From the IMG/VR virus record IMGVR_UViG_3300006098_000001: DNA of 64,000 nt. The stretch is one strand, 5' to 3'. How positions within the stretch are numbered: the first letter of the stretch is position 1; every line of letters begins with the position of its first letter. A program made the position numbers and the translations under genes. Source of the stretch: a virus. The notes beneath the pieces were generated by a model. The model saw only the letters and a program-made list of their open reading frames with translations. It searched no databases and had not been told where the DNA came from. This document shows, piece by piece, positions 13,840 to 24,334 of this stretch.

Positions 13840-14648
13840 TACTTGTTACCTGTTTGATCTACAATCACACCATTTGCACCTTGAACAGTAACGAAACCAT
13901 GCTTAAGGTGTGCTTGTGCTTCCATGTATTGAATATTCTTATCAGTGATTGAATCAGAAATCTTCTTATTTGCCTTAGCTTCCCCTTCTGCACGTGCAAT
14001 CTTTGCATTTGCATCAGCTTCGGCCTCGGTCTTCTTAGTCTTCGCTTCTAACTTAGCCCGTTCGTTATCTTGACTGGCCTTAATTAAATCATCAATTGAT
14101 TTTTGAGTTTGAGCATCAACATCAGGAACGCCGAAACTTAAATCTTCAACAATGAATCCTTGGTCTTCAACTGACTTTTGGAAGTCCTTCAAAATAGCGC
14201 CTTGGACCTTAGCAGAGCCAGAACCCATTAAATCAAGCAAGCTATACTTAGATAATTCATCACGACTAGCTTTTTGAAGCTTTTGATTAAGCCAACCATT
14301 TTCAATTGACTTAATATCTGCTGATCCAAATTTCTTATATACCTTAGTGGCTTTAGTTGGATCTACATGGTAAGCGTAAGTAATGTTAACAGTAGTCTTC
14401 TTCCCATCTTTAGTAGCAGACCCAACCTTTTGTTTAACAGTTTGACTGCAAATAGGGTACTGAGTAACCTTATCTAACCCAACGAATCGTACTCCCTGGC
14501 CTAAACTTTCGTCACGAACCCCTCCCGACATCGAATAACGAATACCAACGTTACCATTATCAATCTTCTCAAAGAATCGGAAGCCTCCAATAGTGACACC
14601 CAATAATACAACAACTGCTCCAATAGACCATTTAACTGATTTTTCCAT
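13839..14648 (-). CDS. SPFH/band-7 (prohibitin/HflC-like) membrane protein
   Basis: N-terminal TM helix; core VGIRYSMSGGVRDESLGQGVRFVGL...; C-terminal Ala/Lys/Glu coiled coil. Confidence 0.75.
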   Translation of the reverse strand: MEKSVKWSIGAVVVLLGVTIGGFRFFEKIDNGNVGIRYSMSGGVRDESLGQGVRFVGLDKVTQYPICSQTVKQKVGSATKDGKKTTVNITYAYHVDPTKATKVYKKFGSADIKSIENGWLNQKLQKASRDELSKYSLLDLMGSGSAKVQGAILKDFQKSVEDQGFIVEDLSFGVPDVDAQTQKSIDDLIKASQDNERAKLEAKTKKTEAEADANAKIARAEGEAKANKKISDSITDKNIQYMEAQAHLKHGFVTVQGANGVIVDQTGNK

Positions 14649-14853
14649 TTACTTCCTCCCTATTTGGTAATACATGAATTTTACTTACAACAATTTTCTT
14701 TGCAGGCAATCCAGTCATTTCACGCCCTGTTCTAACATTAATTGCATCAATAAACTGAACTGTCCCACTATCACCATCTACTTCCCACTGATTAGTAGGA
14801 ATAATTTGAATTCCTTTATAGTAAAAATACATAGGTTCTCTATTTAACTTCAC
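14632..14853 (-). CDS. hypothetical protein
   Basis: ORF track; overlapping neighbours. Confidence 0.5.
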   Translation of the reverse strand: MKLNREPMYFYYKGIQIIPTNQWEVDGDSGTVQFIDAINVRTGREMTGLPAKKIVVSKIHVLPNREEVNGKIS

Positions 14854-15181
14854 TTATCTTGTATCCTTTATGTGTTTTTACTACGCCTTCAAGACAATTT
14901 TGAATCATTGCTTTATTTAATTTATTATCGGCAACAAACTTTTCGTATTCGTTAGAGTCTAACCAAAAGATATATTCCTCATCGCCCTTTGAAAAACGAA
15001 TTCTAGGAACTCTTTTTTCAACTACAGCTTTCTTTTTTATTGCTTTCTTCTTACCTAAATCCTCAACTGGAATACTTTCAAAGTCTTCTCCAGCTTGATT
15101 ACGCAAATCTACATATTGATTATTATCAACTTTATAAGCACGAATAACACGCATAGATTCGCCGTTATACTCTTTCATCAT
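14840..15181 (-). CDS. hypothetical protein
   Basis: ORF track. Confidence 0.55.
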   Translation of the reverse strand: MMKEYNGESMRVIRAYKVDNNQYVDLRNQAGEDFESIPVEDLGKKKAIKKKAVVEKRVPRIRFSKGDEEYIFWLDSNEYEKFVADNKLNKAMIQNCLEGVVKTHKGYKISEVK

Positions 15182-17432
15182 ATTGCTTCTCCTCCCTCTT
15201 TAATAACAATTCTAGATTACTATGATGAACAGTCTCACCAGTTTTTTTAACAGTTGATTTAAGTGATTTTGTTGATGTAAGCAAGAAACAAAGCTCACTG
15301 GCTCGGGTCAAAGCCGTATATAATAATTCCCGATTATTTAGCATGTAATGGAATGGCAACACCACAATCACACATGGAATAGTAGACCCTTGAGACTTAT
15401 GAACTGTCATCGCGTACCCTAATTGGATAGTCTCAAGCTCCTTATCTCTAAGAAATACTTTACCGACCCCGTCGAAATCAATAACGGCCTCAACATGGCT
15501 AACGCCACCTTTGCTATTAAATTCAAGGTCTATACTTTCAATAATTCCTGTGTTCCCGTTGAAAATAGGGCGATACATCTGATGATTCTCTGCCGCTGTT
15601 GCTCGATAGTTATTTGACGTGTTAAGAACTTTATCGCCTTCACGTAGAATATAAGCATCAGCACTATTAGCTTTGACCTTGTACTGGTTCTTAGTAGGAC
15701 TCTTAGGGTTAGCAATTGTTTGCGCTAAGTCATTAATACGAGTACAACCACTAACTGTCTGAGTGAGTATTTGAATATCGCTAACATCATACTTATTTAA
15801 CGCCTGGGCAAAAATCCTATAAGCATCTGTGTTTAGCTTCTCTTCTTCTGCCGAATCTTCAAACACATAGCCTAGATCGTTCTTATTACCTAGCATTGTC
15901 CAACTATCTTTCGGGCTAACCTTAGGCATCTTGCCCATTCGATATTGTAATGAATGAGTAATAATTGCTGAATCCTGTGCTTGACGATGAATCTTAGTCA
16001 AAGAAACAGTAGGGACAATTTTAGAAGAAATAATATCTCTCATAACCCCAACACCAATAGAATCTAATTGAGCGATATCACCGACCATAATAAATTTAGT
16101 ACCATCGCCCAAAGCATTAACTAGCGCCTCAAATAAGCTATCATTAACCATTGACACCTCATCTAAGATAACCACATCAACTGGCAATGGATTTTCTTCA
16201 TGTTCAAAACCGCCAAATGGATCACCGATTCCAAGCAAACGGTGAATAGTCTGTCCTCGTTTACCTGTTAATTGAGTAAGATTATCAGCTGCCTTCCCAG
16301 ACAATGCACAGGTAGCTACCTGGTAGTCATTCTCCTGTAATACTTTAATCACGGCATTTAAGGCGGTAGATTTACCTGTACCGGCTAATCCCTGTAACAT
16401 TGATACATTTTTATCAAGCATCATATTAATTGCTTCGGTCTGTTCGTCTGAGTATTTCCAACCTTGTTCTTCTTGAATTCTGTCGATAATTTTATCGCGC
16501 TCTTTATACTCAAATTTATTTTCAGAGTGAAGTAATCTCAATAGATTCTTTGCAATAGATTTTTCGGTGTTATACAAACGCTTAGTAGCCACTCGTCTTA
16601 CATCATCAGCTTCATAAATGACAAACTCATCGCTATCGTTAATCCATTGAAGTGTCTCTTCAACGTCACAATCAAACACCTCTTGGCGAAGATATTTCAT
16701 CAAATCTATTTCTTTTGTCCAGGAGCTTCCATCCATAGCCAATTTATCAAAGTAATCTTTTACAAAAGCATGGACACGACGTGGATCATTAGATGGAATA
16801 CCAAAGTTAAGCGCCTTTTCATCTATAGTCTTAAAACCTACTCCCGGAACGTCCATAAACTCATAAGGATCTTTATTAAGCATTTCGATAGCACCTTCCA
16901 CTGAATGAACGTGGCGCACTAATTTTCGTGTCATATGAGGGTTAAAGCCCCACTTACCAAAAGCAACATAGGCTTCGCTATAATCTTTTTGCTCTTCATA
17001 GGCGTTAATCAACTTGTCAGCACTGACAGGTCCAATGCCCTTGATAGCCATCAATTCTTTTACCCTATGCTCTTGAAAAATAGGTCGAGGATCATCAAAT
17101 TGAGCATTAACAAGTACCCCTTTGGGGGAGATATCAGTAAGGAATTGCCGGAAGTCTTCTCGAGACATACCTTCAATTGGATCTCGACGCTTGCTACTAA
17201 TGTATTGATATTGCGGGCCATATTTTTCATCGTTAATAAATTCACCGCGAATAATATATTCGTTCTGAGGAATGAGTGACATCTCACCCTTGAACACTAC
17301 ATCGCCAAAAGAATTTTTAACAATATTCCCTTCTCGTACCTCTGACACCCTCATCGTAGCAATTTTGAATAATGAATCGTTGGCGGCAAACCTTATGCGT
17401 TGAATTGAACCTACAATTTCTACTTCGGCCAT
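15165..17432 (-). CDS. RecD2-like SF1B DNA helicase
   Basis: Walker A GLAGTGKST, Walker B VVILDEVSM, motif VI-like MTVHKSQGS, N-terminal HhH region; 755 aa. Confidence 0.85.
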   Translation of the reverse strand: MAEVEIVGSIQRIRFAANDSLFKIATMRVSEVREGNIVKNSFGDVVFKGEMSLIPQNEYIIRGEFINDEKYGPQYQYISSKRRDPIEGMSREDFRQFLTDISPKGVLVNAQFDDPRPIFQEHRVKELMAIKGIGPVSADKLINAYEEQKDYSEAYVAFGKWGFNPHMTRKLVRHVHSVEGAIEMLNKDPYEFMDVPGVGFKTIDEKALNFGIPSNDPRRVHAFVKDYFDKLAMDGSSWTKEIDLMKYLRQEVFDCDVEETLQWINDSDEFVIYEADDVRRVATKRLYNTEKSIAKNLLRLLHSENKFEYKERDKIIDRIQEEQGWKYSDEQTEAINMMLDKNVSMLQGLAGTGKSTALNAVIKVLQENDYQVATCALSGKAADNLTQLTGKRGQTIHRLLGIGDPFGGFEHEENPLPVDVVILDEVSMVNDSLFEALVNALGDGTKFIMVGDIAQLDSIGVGVMRDIISSKIVPTVSLTKIHRQAQDSAIITHSLQYRMGKMPKVSPKDSWTMLGNKNDLGYVFEDSAEEEKLNTDAYRIFAQALNKYDVSDIQILTQTVSGCTRINDLAQTIANPKSPTKNQYKVKANSADAYILREGDKVLNTSNNYRATAAENHQMYRPIFNGNTGIIESIDLEFNSKGGVSHVEAVIDFDGVGKVFLRDKELETIQLGYAMTVHKSQGSTIPCVIVVLPFHYMLNNRELLYTALTRASELCFLLTSTKSLKSTVKKTGETVHHSNLELLLKREEKQYDERV

Positions 17433-17737
17433 TAATATTTCACCACCAAGTTCAGTAATTCGAATTCATCGGGATAATTATATGCATCTAATTTACTATT
17501 GGCTTCATAATAAATTAGGGTTTTACGACCAGCCTCAATAAGCTTCTCCACATCTTCTTGCGCTAAGTTAATATTATCTTTTAGCTTCACATTAGAAGTT
17601 GTGTTGGTGCGGACTAATTCTTTTGATAATTCAGTCTTAGTTCTAAATGCTTCATCGGGTTTTGCTTTTAGTAAAAAACCAGTCATATTGAAGTCGTTTT
17701 TTAACGTAAAAGTAAATGGCTTCTTGGACACTTCCAT
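17432..17737 (-). CDS. hypothetical protein
   Basis: ORF track; ATG overlaps the upstream stop. Confidence 0.55.
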   Translation of the reverse strand: MEVSKKPFTFTLKNDFNMTGFLLKAKPDEAFRTKTELSKELVRTNTTSNVKLKDNINLAQEDVEKLIEAGRKTLIYYEANSKLDAYNYPDEFELLNLVVKY

Positions 17738-17740
17738 AGA

Positions 17741-18268
17741 TTACGCTACCTCCTCAAGATTGAATTCAGGGTGTTGTTCCTTCCAGACATCAGTCTTATA
17801 TAAATGACGACCGTTTCGCATCACTCTATGACCTTCAAGATTAACGAATGACCGTCTACTTAGTTCAGGTGCAACTCTTAAGCCATGAGAAATACTCTTA
17901 ACGAATACCGGATTATCATTATTCTTATCAGTAATCACATAACCGACTTTCGCATAGTACGCAAGACGTTGTTTTCTTAGCAGGTCATACTTAACTAATA
18001 GATTGTGCATCTTACGTACCGATAATTCTAAATCATCGGCAATTTCTTTAATCGTAACCAGTCCACGACTAATGCAATTGTTAAGCATTCTTTCTAGCCG
18101 ATCATGACTATATTCGTCAAATAAATTATTTTCTTTAATATAATTGCGTATCCAAATTAAATCCGGGTTATTTTTGTCAGCTTTTCGTGACCAGCTCTCG
18201 CCAACCTTGTTATATGATTCCAAACGGTACAAATGATTGTAAAATTCGTCTGAGTATGTTTGCTTCAT
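17741..18268 (-). CDS. putative HTH DNA-binding protein
   Basis: VTIKEIADDLELSVRKMHNLL helix-turn-helix-like segment. Confidence 0.45.
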   Translation of the reverse strand: MKQTYSDEFYNHLYRLESYNKVGESWSRKADKNNPDLIWIRNYIKENNLFDEYSHDRLERMLNNCISRGLVTIKEIADDLELSVRKMHNLLVKYDLLRKQRLAYYAKVGYVITDKNNDNPVFVKSISHGLRVAPELSRRSFVNLEGHRVMRNGRHLYKTDVWKEQHPEFNLEEVA

Positions 18269-18331
18269 GCCTTCCAGCCTTTCTAAACTAAAATACTACT
18301 TTATTTTATTTTCAACTAAAATCAATATAAA

Positions 18332-18350
18332 ATATTTTTGTTGTGATTAA
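18332..18350 (-). promoter_or_regulatory. copy of conserved phage intergenic motif
   Basis: ATATTTTTGTTGTGATTAA, about 65 nt upstream of the 17741..18268 operon start. Confidence 0.45.
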
Positions 18351-18400
18351 CAATATACATAATATCATACAACCCAAGTCCATGACACTAGAAAAATAAA

Positions 18401-19885
18401 TTATTCTAAATCATTATTAATTTGTGTTTTTCCAACATCACGAATAAGATTAAGGCCGCGATCGACCTCCAGAACAACCTGTCGATTAGTCTGACCTTGT
18501 CGGTTTTTATCCCAGAAAACAATCATGTAATCATTATCTTCGTCTAACATTTCTGAGTGTCCCTTTGAGTTAACTACCTTAATAGCATTCTTCCCACTCA
18601 CCTCTGATTGAGAGGCCATACGTACTAAAATCAATGACGATACTACGTCGGTAATATTCTTCGCCATTCCAATCATGCTTTGATCTAAATAACGCGCTCG
18701 TCGATTAGTCTTGGTCATCTGTGTAGTAACCCAAACATGGACGTTCAAATTACTAGGCTTAATCACGTTATATAGCTTCACCATATTCTGTTGTAATTGT
18801 AGCCAAGAACTATCGTTGACCCGACTATATGTATCGTTATCCAATTTCAATGTATCAAGGATAAAATACCGTACATCATATAATCGAGCATACTTCTTAA
18901 TAAGTCGAATTGTCTTTGCCATACTAAACTCATTCATATTAACAAAACGGACTAGACCTTCTGACACCTTTCTCAAATACCATTCTTTGGCCTCGTTTAA
19001 ATATTCCCATTCTTCATCGGTAAAACTACCTCGCAAGAACCTATTCTTGTTAAACATGGCACCCTTATGGCGAGCGTTAATATAAGCTGTTAGTAATCCT
19101 TGAACATATCGGCTTTTTTCTTCTTCATTAGCGATAATTAAGACAGGTTCCTCGTTGTTAATTGAACTTTGAATATGCAAAAGGGTAGTGAGAAACGTCT
19201 TCCCTACCCCCGAATTAGCAGCTAACATTGTAATATTTCCTAGTGCTAACCCGTTTTGAATTGAATCCATTAATGGACTTCCTAATGGTAGTCCTTGTGC
19301 AATACCCTCATCTGCCTCTTTAAGCATTTCATCAACATCATCAAACATTTCTTCAACTCGGTCATTTCCAAATTGAGAATCTACAAATGCCTCTGCTATA
19401 AGACCTTCTAATACTTCATTGAGGGTTTCCAGGTCCATTTCCTGGTATTTATCCCAGTTCTGCTTAATAGGAAATCCCATCTCAGTCAGTTTCATTAACG
19501 TTTTATAACGTTGCAATTCGTTGTAATAACTATCGACATTTTCTTTTTCGACAATGGCGATACCCTTTTCAATGGTTTCGTAACCACCAGCTTCTGAATA
19601 TGCTTTTTGAATTTTCTCTTCTTTGGAATTTACGTAGGCACCTACGGATACTGCATCCAAAGTTTTAAGCCCACGATCCTCGACCATCTCTTTCAGCATA
19701 TGATAGTAGAAACGCCACATCGAATTAGAAATATCGTTTGGATTTACAGGGTAATCAAAAAAGTAATTTGTATCACCATAAAGAGAAAAAATTAATTGAC
19801 TCTCGATGATACCTCTTTGAGTTTTCAGCTCTTTATAAAAGTCAGATTTTATAATGGTATTTTCTTGTTTTACCTTTTCTGCCAA
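18401..19885 (-). CDS. DnaB-like replicative helicase
   Basis: 494 aa; Walker A AANSGVGKT, Walker B-like FILDTLK; N-terminal DnaB-like domain. Confidence 0.8.
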   Translation of the reverse strand: MAEKVKQENTIIKSDFYKELKTQRGIIESQLIFSLYGDTNYFFDYPVNPNDISNSMWRFYYHMLKEMVEDRGLKTLDAVSVGAYVNSKEEKIQKAYSEAGGYETIEKGIAIVEKENVDSYYNELQRYKTLMKLTEMGFPIKQNWDKYQEMDLETLNEVLEGLIAEAFVDSQFGNDRVEEMFDDVDEMLKEADEGIAQGLPLGSPLMDSIQNGLALGNITMLAANSGVGKTFLTTLLHIQSSINNEEPVLIIANEEEKSRYVQGLLTAYINARHKGAMFNKNRFLRGSFTDEEWEYLNEAKEWYLRKVSEGLVRFVNMNEFSMAKTIRLIKKYARLYDVRYFILDTLKLDNDTYSRVNDSSWLQLQQNMVKLYNVIKPSNLNVHVWVTTQMTKTNRRARYLDQSMIGMAKNITDVVSSLILVRMASQSEVSGKNAIKVVNSKGHSEMLDEDNDYMIVFWDKNRQGQTNRQVVLEVDRGLNLIRDVGKTQINNDLE

Positions 19886-19897
19886 TCGCCGAACCCC

Positions 19898-20188
19898 CTA
19901 ATTATTAATAACTTTCAACCCTACCAAACTTTTCTCTTCTGAGATAAATCTATCAACTTCGCTTAATCTAAACTGTTTGAATTGAGAATCAGCAAGATAA
20001 CGCTCACGTAATTCGTCAAAAAAGATTGTTACATTTTCGATTGCGCTCCCTGGCATTTCTCTTATAATCTTTAGAATCAATGGAAGCTTTAATTTTGATT
20101 TCAATAGACCTTGAAAACCAAATGAGGCCATTAATACATGTTTATGCTCTTCGATTTTTTGATCTACCCACATGTGTTTATCTTTCAT
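19898..20188 (-). CDS. hypothetical protein
   Basis: ORF track. Confidence 0.55.
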   Translation of the reverse strand: MKDKHMWVDQKIEEHKHVLMASFGFQGLLKSKLKLPLILKIIREMPGSAIENVTIFFDELRERYLADSQFKQFRLSEVDRFISEEKSLVGLKVINN

Positions 20189-20802
20189 TAAATAAAATCA
20201 ACCTTCCGTCTCCCGGAGCCTTTGCGCTTGTAAGCGACTGTAGGCTGTTCGATCTTCTTCTTTTCCTCTTTACTAATTTTCTCTACTTTTTTCCGCTCTT
20301 TATCCAAAGCATCTAACCTTCTCTGAATAAAATTAATATTTCCTGTCACGATTTTCATGATGTAATTAATTTCATGTTCTTCGTTGTTAAATTCAACTGT
20401 TTTCTGCGCTTTTTTTATGGCGTCATAAGAATATAACAGCGTATAATAAATTGTTTTGAACGAGTATCCCTGCTTATTCCCACGAACATTTGTGCTCGCG
20501 GGTCTAAATTTACCTACTCTCAATCCCAACAGGCGCTCAACGCAATATTTTGATAGGTTAGCACCAGCAGGAAGATTTAATATTTCTGACTTGAAATATT
20601 GATAAACTTGATCCCAATCACTATTTTCCTGTTCCCTAAACTTGATATCTTCATGTTCTTTAAGATATTTGGGTAAGCAGTCAATATGGAATTTACGCTT
20701 ATAATTTCTGTACCCGCTCTTAGTTTTTAGCGGAATTGGTTTGATTACCATATCTTCTTCATTTAATGGATTGGCACAGTAATAGCACTTTTGAATAGCC
20801 AT
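20188..20802 (-). CDS. hypothetical protein with N-terminal zinc-ribbon-like CYYC...HIDC
   Basis: ORF track; Cys/His pattern only. Confidence 0.5.
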   Translation of the reverse strand: MAIQKCYYCANPLNEEDMVIKPIPLKTKSGYRNYKRKFHIDCLPKYLKEHEDIKFREQENSDWDQVYQYFKSEILNLPAGANLSKYCVERLLGLRVGKFRPASTNVRGNKQGYSFKTIYYTLLYSYDAIKKAQKTVEFNNEEHEINYIMKIVTGNINFIQRRLDALDKERKKVEKISKEEKKKIEQPTVAYKRKGSGRRKVDFI

Positions 20803-22052
20803 TATAGTTTAACCTTTCGAATTTCAAATTCATTTTGGTTAACTAAAACTACACCTTGAGAACGACTAGATTTCGCACTTATTTTTTTGCTGTATTCATC
20901 CATTCCTTTGATCGATCCAAAAGTTGCTTGGAAACGATTATCACCCACTTCTAACATTGAGAAACGATGTAAATGTCCTCCAAGAACTGCATCATAATGA
21001 CGATCATATTGTTCTCCCAATTCAGCTAATGTAGTCTTTTTATTCAAATTATTTCTATCACCATGTACAAATGCAAAATTCCAACCTTGTACATTAATGT
21101 CTGTAAAATAGCTATCTGAATCAATAAATTCTACGTCTGATCCTGATAATTCAATCCACATCTTAATAATCTGATTGCTAATATTTACTGCATGATCTGA
21201 ATTTAGATTAGAATTTTTGTCTCCTTGCATACGGTCGTGATTACCAGCAATTCCACGATAAGTAATTAGCTCTACATGTTGCCGAATTCGTTGAATAAAA
21301 TCAATAATTAATTTTGTTACATGAACGATTTGTTCAGACAAAGTTTCTTCCGAGTCGTATAAGTTCTGGTTACGCATGTAAGCATGTTCTACAATGTCAC
21401 CAAGATTAACAATATCAACGCTATAAACTTTATTTTCTTCGATAAGTTTAATGACTTTATCAGCATATTTAATTAATAAACCTTCAACCACTTGTGTATC
21501 ATAATAGTTTTCTGGCATATCAACATATGCACCATAATGAATGTCAGATAAACAAACGATCATTGCGCTATTTGTATCCTGTCCAGCGTCAGGAAGAATT
21601 ACTGGATTTTCCGCTAAAACAAAATCGGTCTTTTCTAACGCTGACTTAATTTCATTAATAAACAACAGATCTTTATTAGTTTGACGAACTAATCGCCGAA
21701 TTACTCGACCCTGCTCTTGCGTTTCCAGCTTCTTACTATTCAATTGACCAATTGCATTCTGAATACTTTGTAACTTATTATCTGCAATCAAGTCCGCATG
21801 AGTAGTTGCATCTTTTAAACGACCAGAATCTTTTTGAAACCGTTTAATAAGCCCACGATAGTTTTCGTTAGTATCACTATCATAGAACCCTTCTTGTTCC
21901 ATCATCTTCTTGTGCTTAGGCCATGAGCAACGTCTCGATGGGGACGTTTTTTGTAATTCTTCTTTTATTTCACTAGCTACATTTAAATGTTGGTGAGTAA
22001 CATTAATATGTTCTCCCTTTTTATTAACATAGCTGTATTCTTTTGTAGCGAT
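20802..22052 (-). CDS. Mre11/SbcD-like calcineurin-family metallophosphoesterase; probable ATC start (track start ATG 21905)
   Basis: Motifs SDIHYG, GDIVEH, GNHDR, FVHGD, GGHLHR. The frame stays open 147 nt upstream of the ATG to an ATC placed 8 nt after GGAGGG. Confidence 0.75.
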   Translation of the reverse strand: MATKEYSYVNKKGEHINVTHQHLNVASEIKEELQKTSPSRRCSWPKHKKMMEQEGFYDSDTNENYRGLIKRFQKDSGRLKDATTHADLIADNKLQSIQNAIGQLNSKKLETQEQGRVIRRLVRQTNKDLLFINEIKSALEKTDFVLAENPVILPDAGQDTNSAMIVCLSDIHYGAYVDMPENYYDTQVVEGLLIKYADKVIKLIEENKVYSVDIVNLGDIVEHAYMRNQNLYDSEETLSEQIVHVTKLIIDFIQRIRQHVELITYRGIAGNHDRMQGDKNSNLNSDHAVNISNQIIKMWIELSGSDVEFIDSDSYFTDINVQGWNFAFVHGDRNNLNKKTTLAELGEQYDRHYDAVLGGHLHRFSMLEVGDNRFQATFGSIKGMDEYSKKISAKSSRSQGVVLVNQNEFEIRKVKL

Positions 22053-22128
22053 ACTAATTACCCTCCATAGTTTTAGTTTTATATATGTACACGAGGAAAA
22101 TCCTCGTAATTAAATATGTTATGTGTTA

Positions 22129-23124
22129 TTAAGCTGCTACCGGTGTTTCGTCTAAAATTTTCACCTTTTGTTCATTCATATACTTAATAACCTTATTTTG
22201 TTGTTCTTTAGTTAATGCGCTTAAAGTCTTGCTTCCAGTCATCTCTTTAACTTTAGTAGCAAATTCTTGCTTCTTATCTTGACCTTCTAACAAAGATAAG
22301 AAATCTGCCACTTGATCTTCAAACGGCATTTCAGAAGTAATACTTTCTTCATATGCGACCTTGGCCTTTTTCTTATCCTTACTAAAGTCTTTAACAATAA
22401 CATTACCCTTGTTGTCATCTGCTTCTAAGCGTTTGGCCCAGTTGACATACGAAGGATTTTCGATTTCGGCTCCCCGAGCATAGGTATCAGTACGGTCTTT
22501 TTCAACTACACCAAAGTACTTATTATCACGAGTAAATAATCGAAGAACCACGTCGTAATCGAATGGCGCCTTCTTTGCCATATCCGGCTTCTCGCCAGTC
22601 TTAACACGGACACCGCCACCTGCATCTTTCATTACATCTGAAGCCTGAGCAATTGACACAATATTAATTCCTTGACTTGCTAATTTAAGTTTTAAGTTCT
22701 GCAAGCGACTCGCTAATTGCTTAATCTTTCCCCATGAACGTACAGACAAATTAGCATCAAGTACATCTTTTCCCTTACGAATCGCACGAGATTCTTCAAC
22801 TTCTTGAAGGGCCTCTTGAATGTTTTCGTAAATCTTAGTTTCTGAATCAATAATTAATGTCTTGAAGTCGTCCACATTTTCATCTAATTCATCAATTAAA
22901 TTAGCTAAATCATCAAATGATTGGGAATCAACAATTCCTAATAAATTCTTGGCCCGTTCTGTTCCTTCGTACCACGCATACCCGTCTTCACTATCCATTG
23001 CAATTATTTCCGGGAATGAAAGACCAAAAACAGTCTTACCAACACCTGTTGGTCCGTATACTAAAATTTTCAAGCCCTTTTTACGGCTGTTAGGCTTTCG
23101 CAACATATCCAAATCCAATGCCAT
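22129..23124 (-). CDS. Sak4-like/RecA-fold AAA ATPase
   Basis: Walker A VYGPTGVGKT; Walker B LIIDSET; 331 aa. Confidence 0.7.
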   Translation of the reverse strand: MALDLDMLRKPNSRKKGLKILVYGPTGVGKTVFGLSFPEIIAMDSEDGYAWYEGTERAKNLLGIVDSQSFDDLANLIDELDENVDDFKTLIIDSETKIYENIQEALQEVEESRAIRKGKDVLDANLSVRSWGKIKQLASRLQNLKLKLASQGINIVSIAQASDVMKDAGGGVRVKTGEKPDMAKKAPFDYDVVLRLFTRDNKYFGVVEKDRTDTYARGAEIENPSYVNWAKRLEADDNKGNVIVKDFSKDKKKAKVAYEESITSEMPFEDQVADFLSLLEGQDKKQEFATKVKEMTGSKTLSALTKEQQNKVIKYMNEQKVKILDETPVAA

Positions 23125-23152
23125 ACAATAACTCCTTTAATTAATATCATTT

Positions 23153-23172
23153 CGTATTTTTGTTGTGGTTGA
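23153..23172 (-). promoter_or_regulatory. copy of conserved phage intergenic motif (variant)
   Basis: CGTATTTTTGTTGTGGTTGA, 29 nt upstream of the ATPase gene start. Confidence 0.4.
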
Positions 23173-23182
23173 TGAAAAATTT

Positions 23183-24334
23183 TTATTTAAATAAACCGCC
23201 AAACATATCATCGACGCCAGATTCTTCTTCTTCCTTGTTGTCGTCCTCATTGAATACGCTGGTATTTTCTTCAATATCTTCATCATCTTCAACAACAATC
23301 AAGGCCTCTGGAGAATACTTATCAGCCAACATGAAATCGGACTTTTCGCCATCGACGTTCATTAATGGCATCTTAAAAATAACCTTGTCAACACTGCGGT
23401 CACCAATTGTTTCTTCGTTTTCAATTTGTTCTTCGGTCATAATACCAAGTTGAATCAATTCCATAACCTGCTTACTTCGTTGAATCTTACCCGTACTCTT
23501 TTCATAACCGTGAACAATATTATTCTTAAGACCAATTTCACGAACTACGCCTTTCTTAACCTTAAAAAGCGTTTCGATAGCCTTGGTCATCATATCTACT
23601 TTTTCTTCCGTAGTTTGAATAGTAAATTGTTGTGGGAAGGCAAGCGTCTTTTTAATTTCCTTGCCATTTTCTTTGCCAATGTATTGTGGGACAAGGGCAT
23701 TAACAACAATTTCGTTTCTTTCCTTTAATGTCTTTTCCCAATCTCGTGGCAACGCCGTACTTTCAAGCAAGTAGGTTTGACGCATTTCTGCCTTTTCTTC
23801 TACTTCTTCATTATCCTTACCGTCATACAAGCCAATATTTGTAATATTAAAACTACGACTGATCTTTCCATCGTAACGTTGATATTCAATATTCCCACTA
23901 ACATAAATTTCTTGGCCGTCATGTAAGTGTTCGTCCATGTAATTAATAGCATCTAGCTCAGACAAGAAACGTTTTCGGATTAACTTCCCTTTTTCGTCAC
24001 GTTCAAGGGCAACGTTAATAAATGAGAACTCAGCAACATTTTCAAGAGCATCTTCGTTATCACGTAGGTCCCAATCAAGTTCCATATGTTGATTAGTATC
24101 CTTGTTAAATACATGAACAACTGGCTTGCGCTTTGAGTAGCCACCCATCATTTGCACATAAATCGAATTGCTATCACTAATCTTAACTGGGAAGCCCACT
24201 CGTTTATATACCCAACCTGACTTAGATTCAGTAGTTTGTGCAGGGAATGTGTCGCTTGAAATAGAAGCTCGTCCACGAGCAGTAAAACGAGCAATTCCCG
24301 GTTTTAATTCTTTTTCTAACTTAGCCTTTGGCAT
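23183..24334 (-). CDS. putative ssDNA-binding/recombination-associated protein
   Basis: Sits in the replication module. Long acidic C-terminal tail ending DDMFGGLFK, reminiscent of SSB tips. No firm motif. Confidence 0.3.
   Translation of the reverse strand: MPKAKLEKELKPGIARFTARGRASISSDTFPAQTTESKSGWVYKRVGFPVKISDSNSIYVQMMGGYSKRKPVVHVFNKDTNQHMELDWDLRDNEDALENVAEFSFINVALERDEKGKLIRKRFLSELDAINYMDEHLHDGQEIYVSGNIEYQRYDGKISRSFNITNIGLYDGKDNEEVEEKAEMRQTYLLESTALPRDWEKTLKERNEIVVNALVPQYIGKENGKEIKKTLAFPQQFTIQTTEEKVDMMTKAIETLFKVKKGVVREIGLKNNIVHGYEKSTGKIQRSKQVMELIQLGIMTEEQIENEETIGDRSVDKVIFKMPLMNVDGEKSDFMLADKYSPEALIVVEDDEDIEENTSVFNEDDNKEEEESGVDDMFGGLFK

Noticed and set aside
21906-22128. Apparent non-coding gap upstream of the phosphoesterase gene
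   Set aside because: The frame is open across most of it and an RBS-linked ATC start explains it. The remainder is the terminator hairpin ACGAGGATTTTCCTCGT of the upstream gene.
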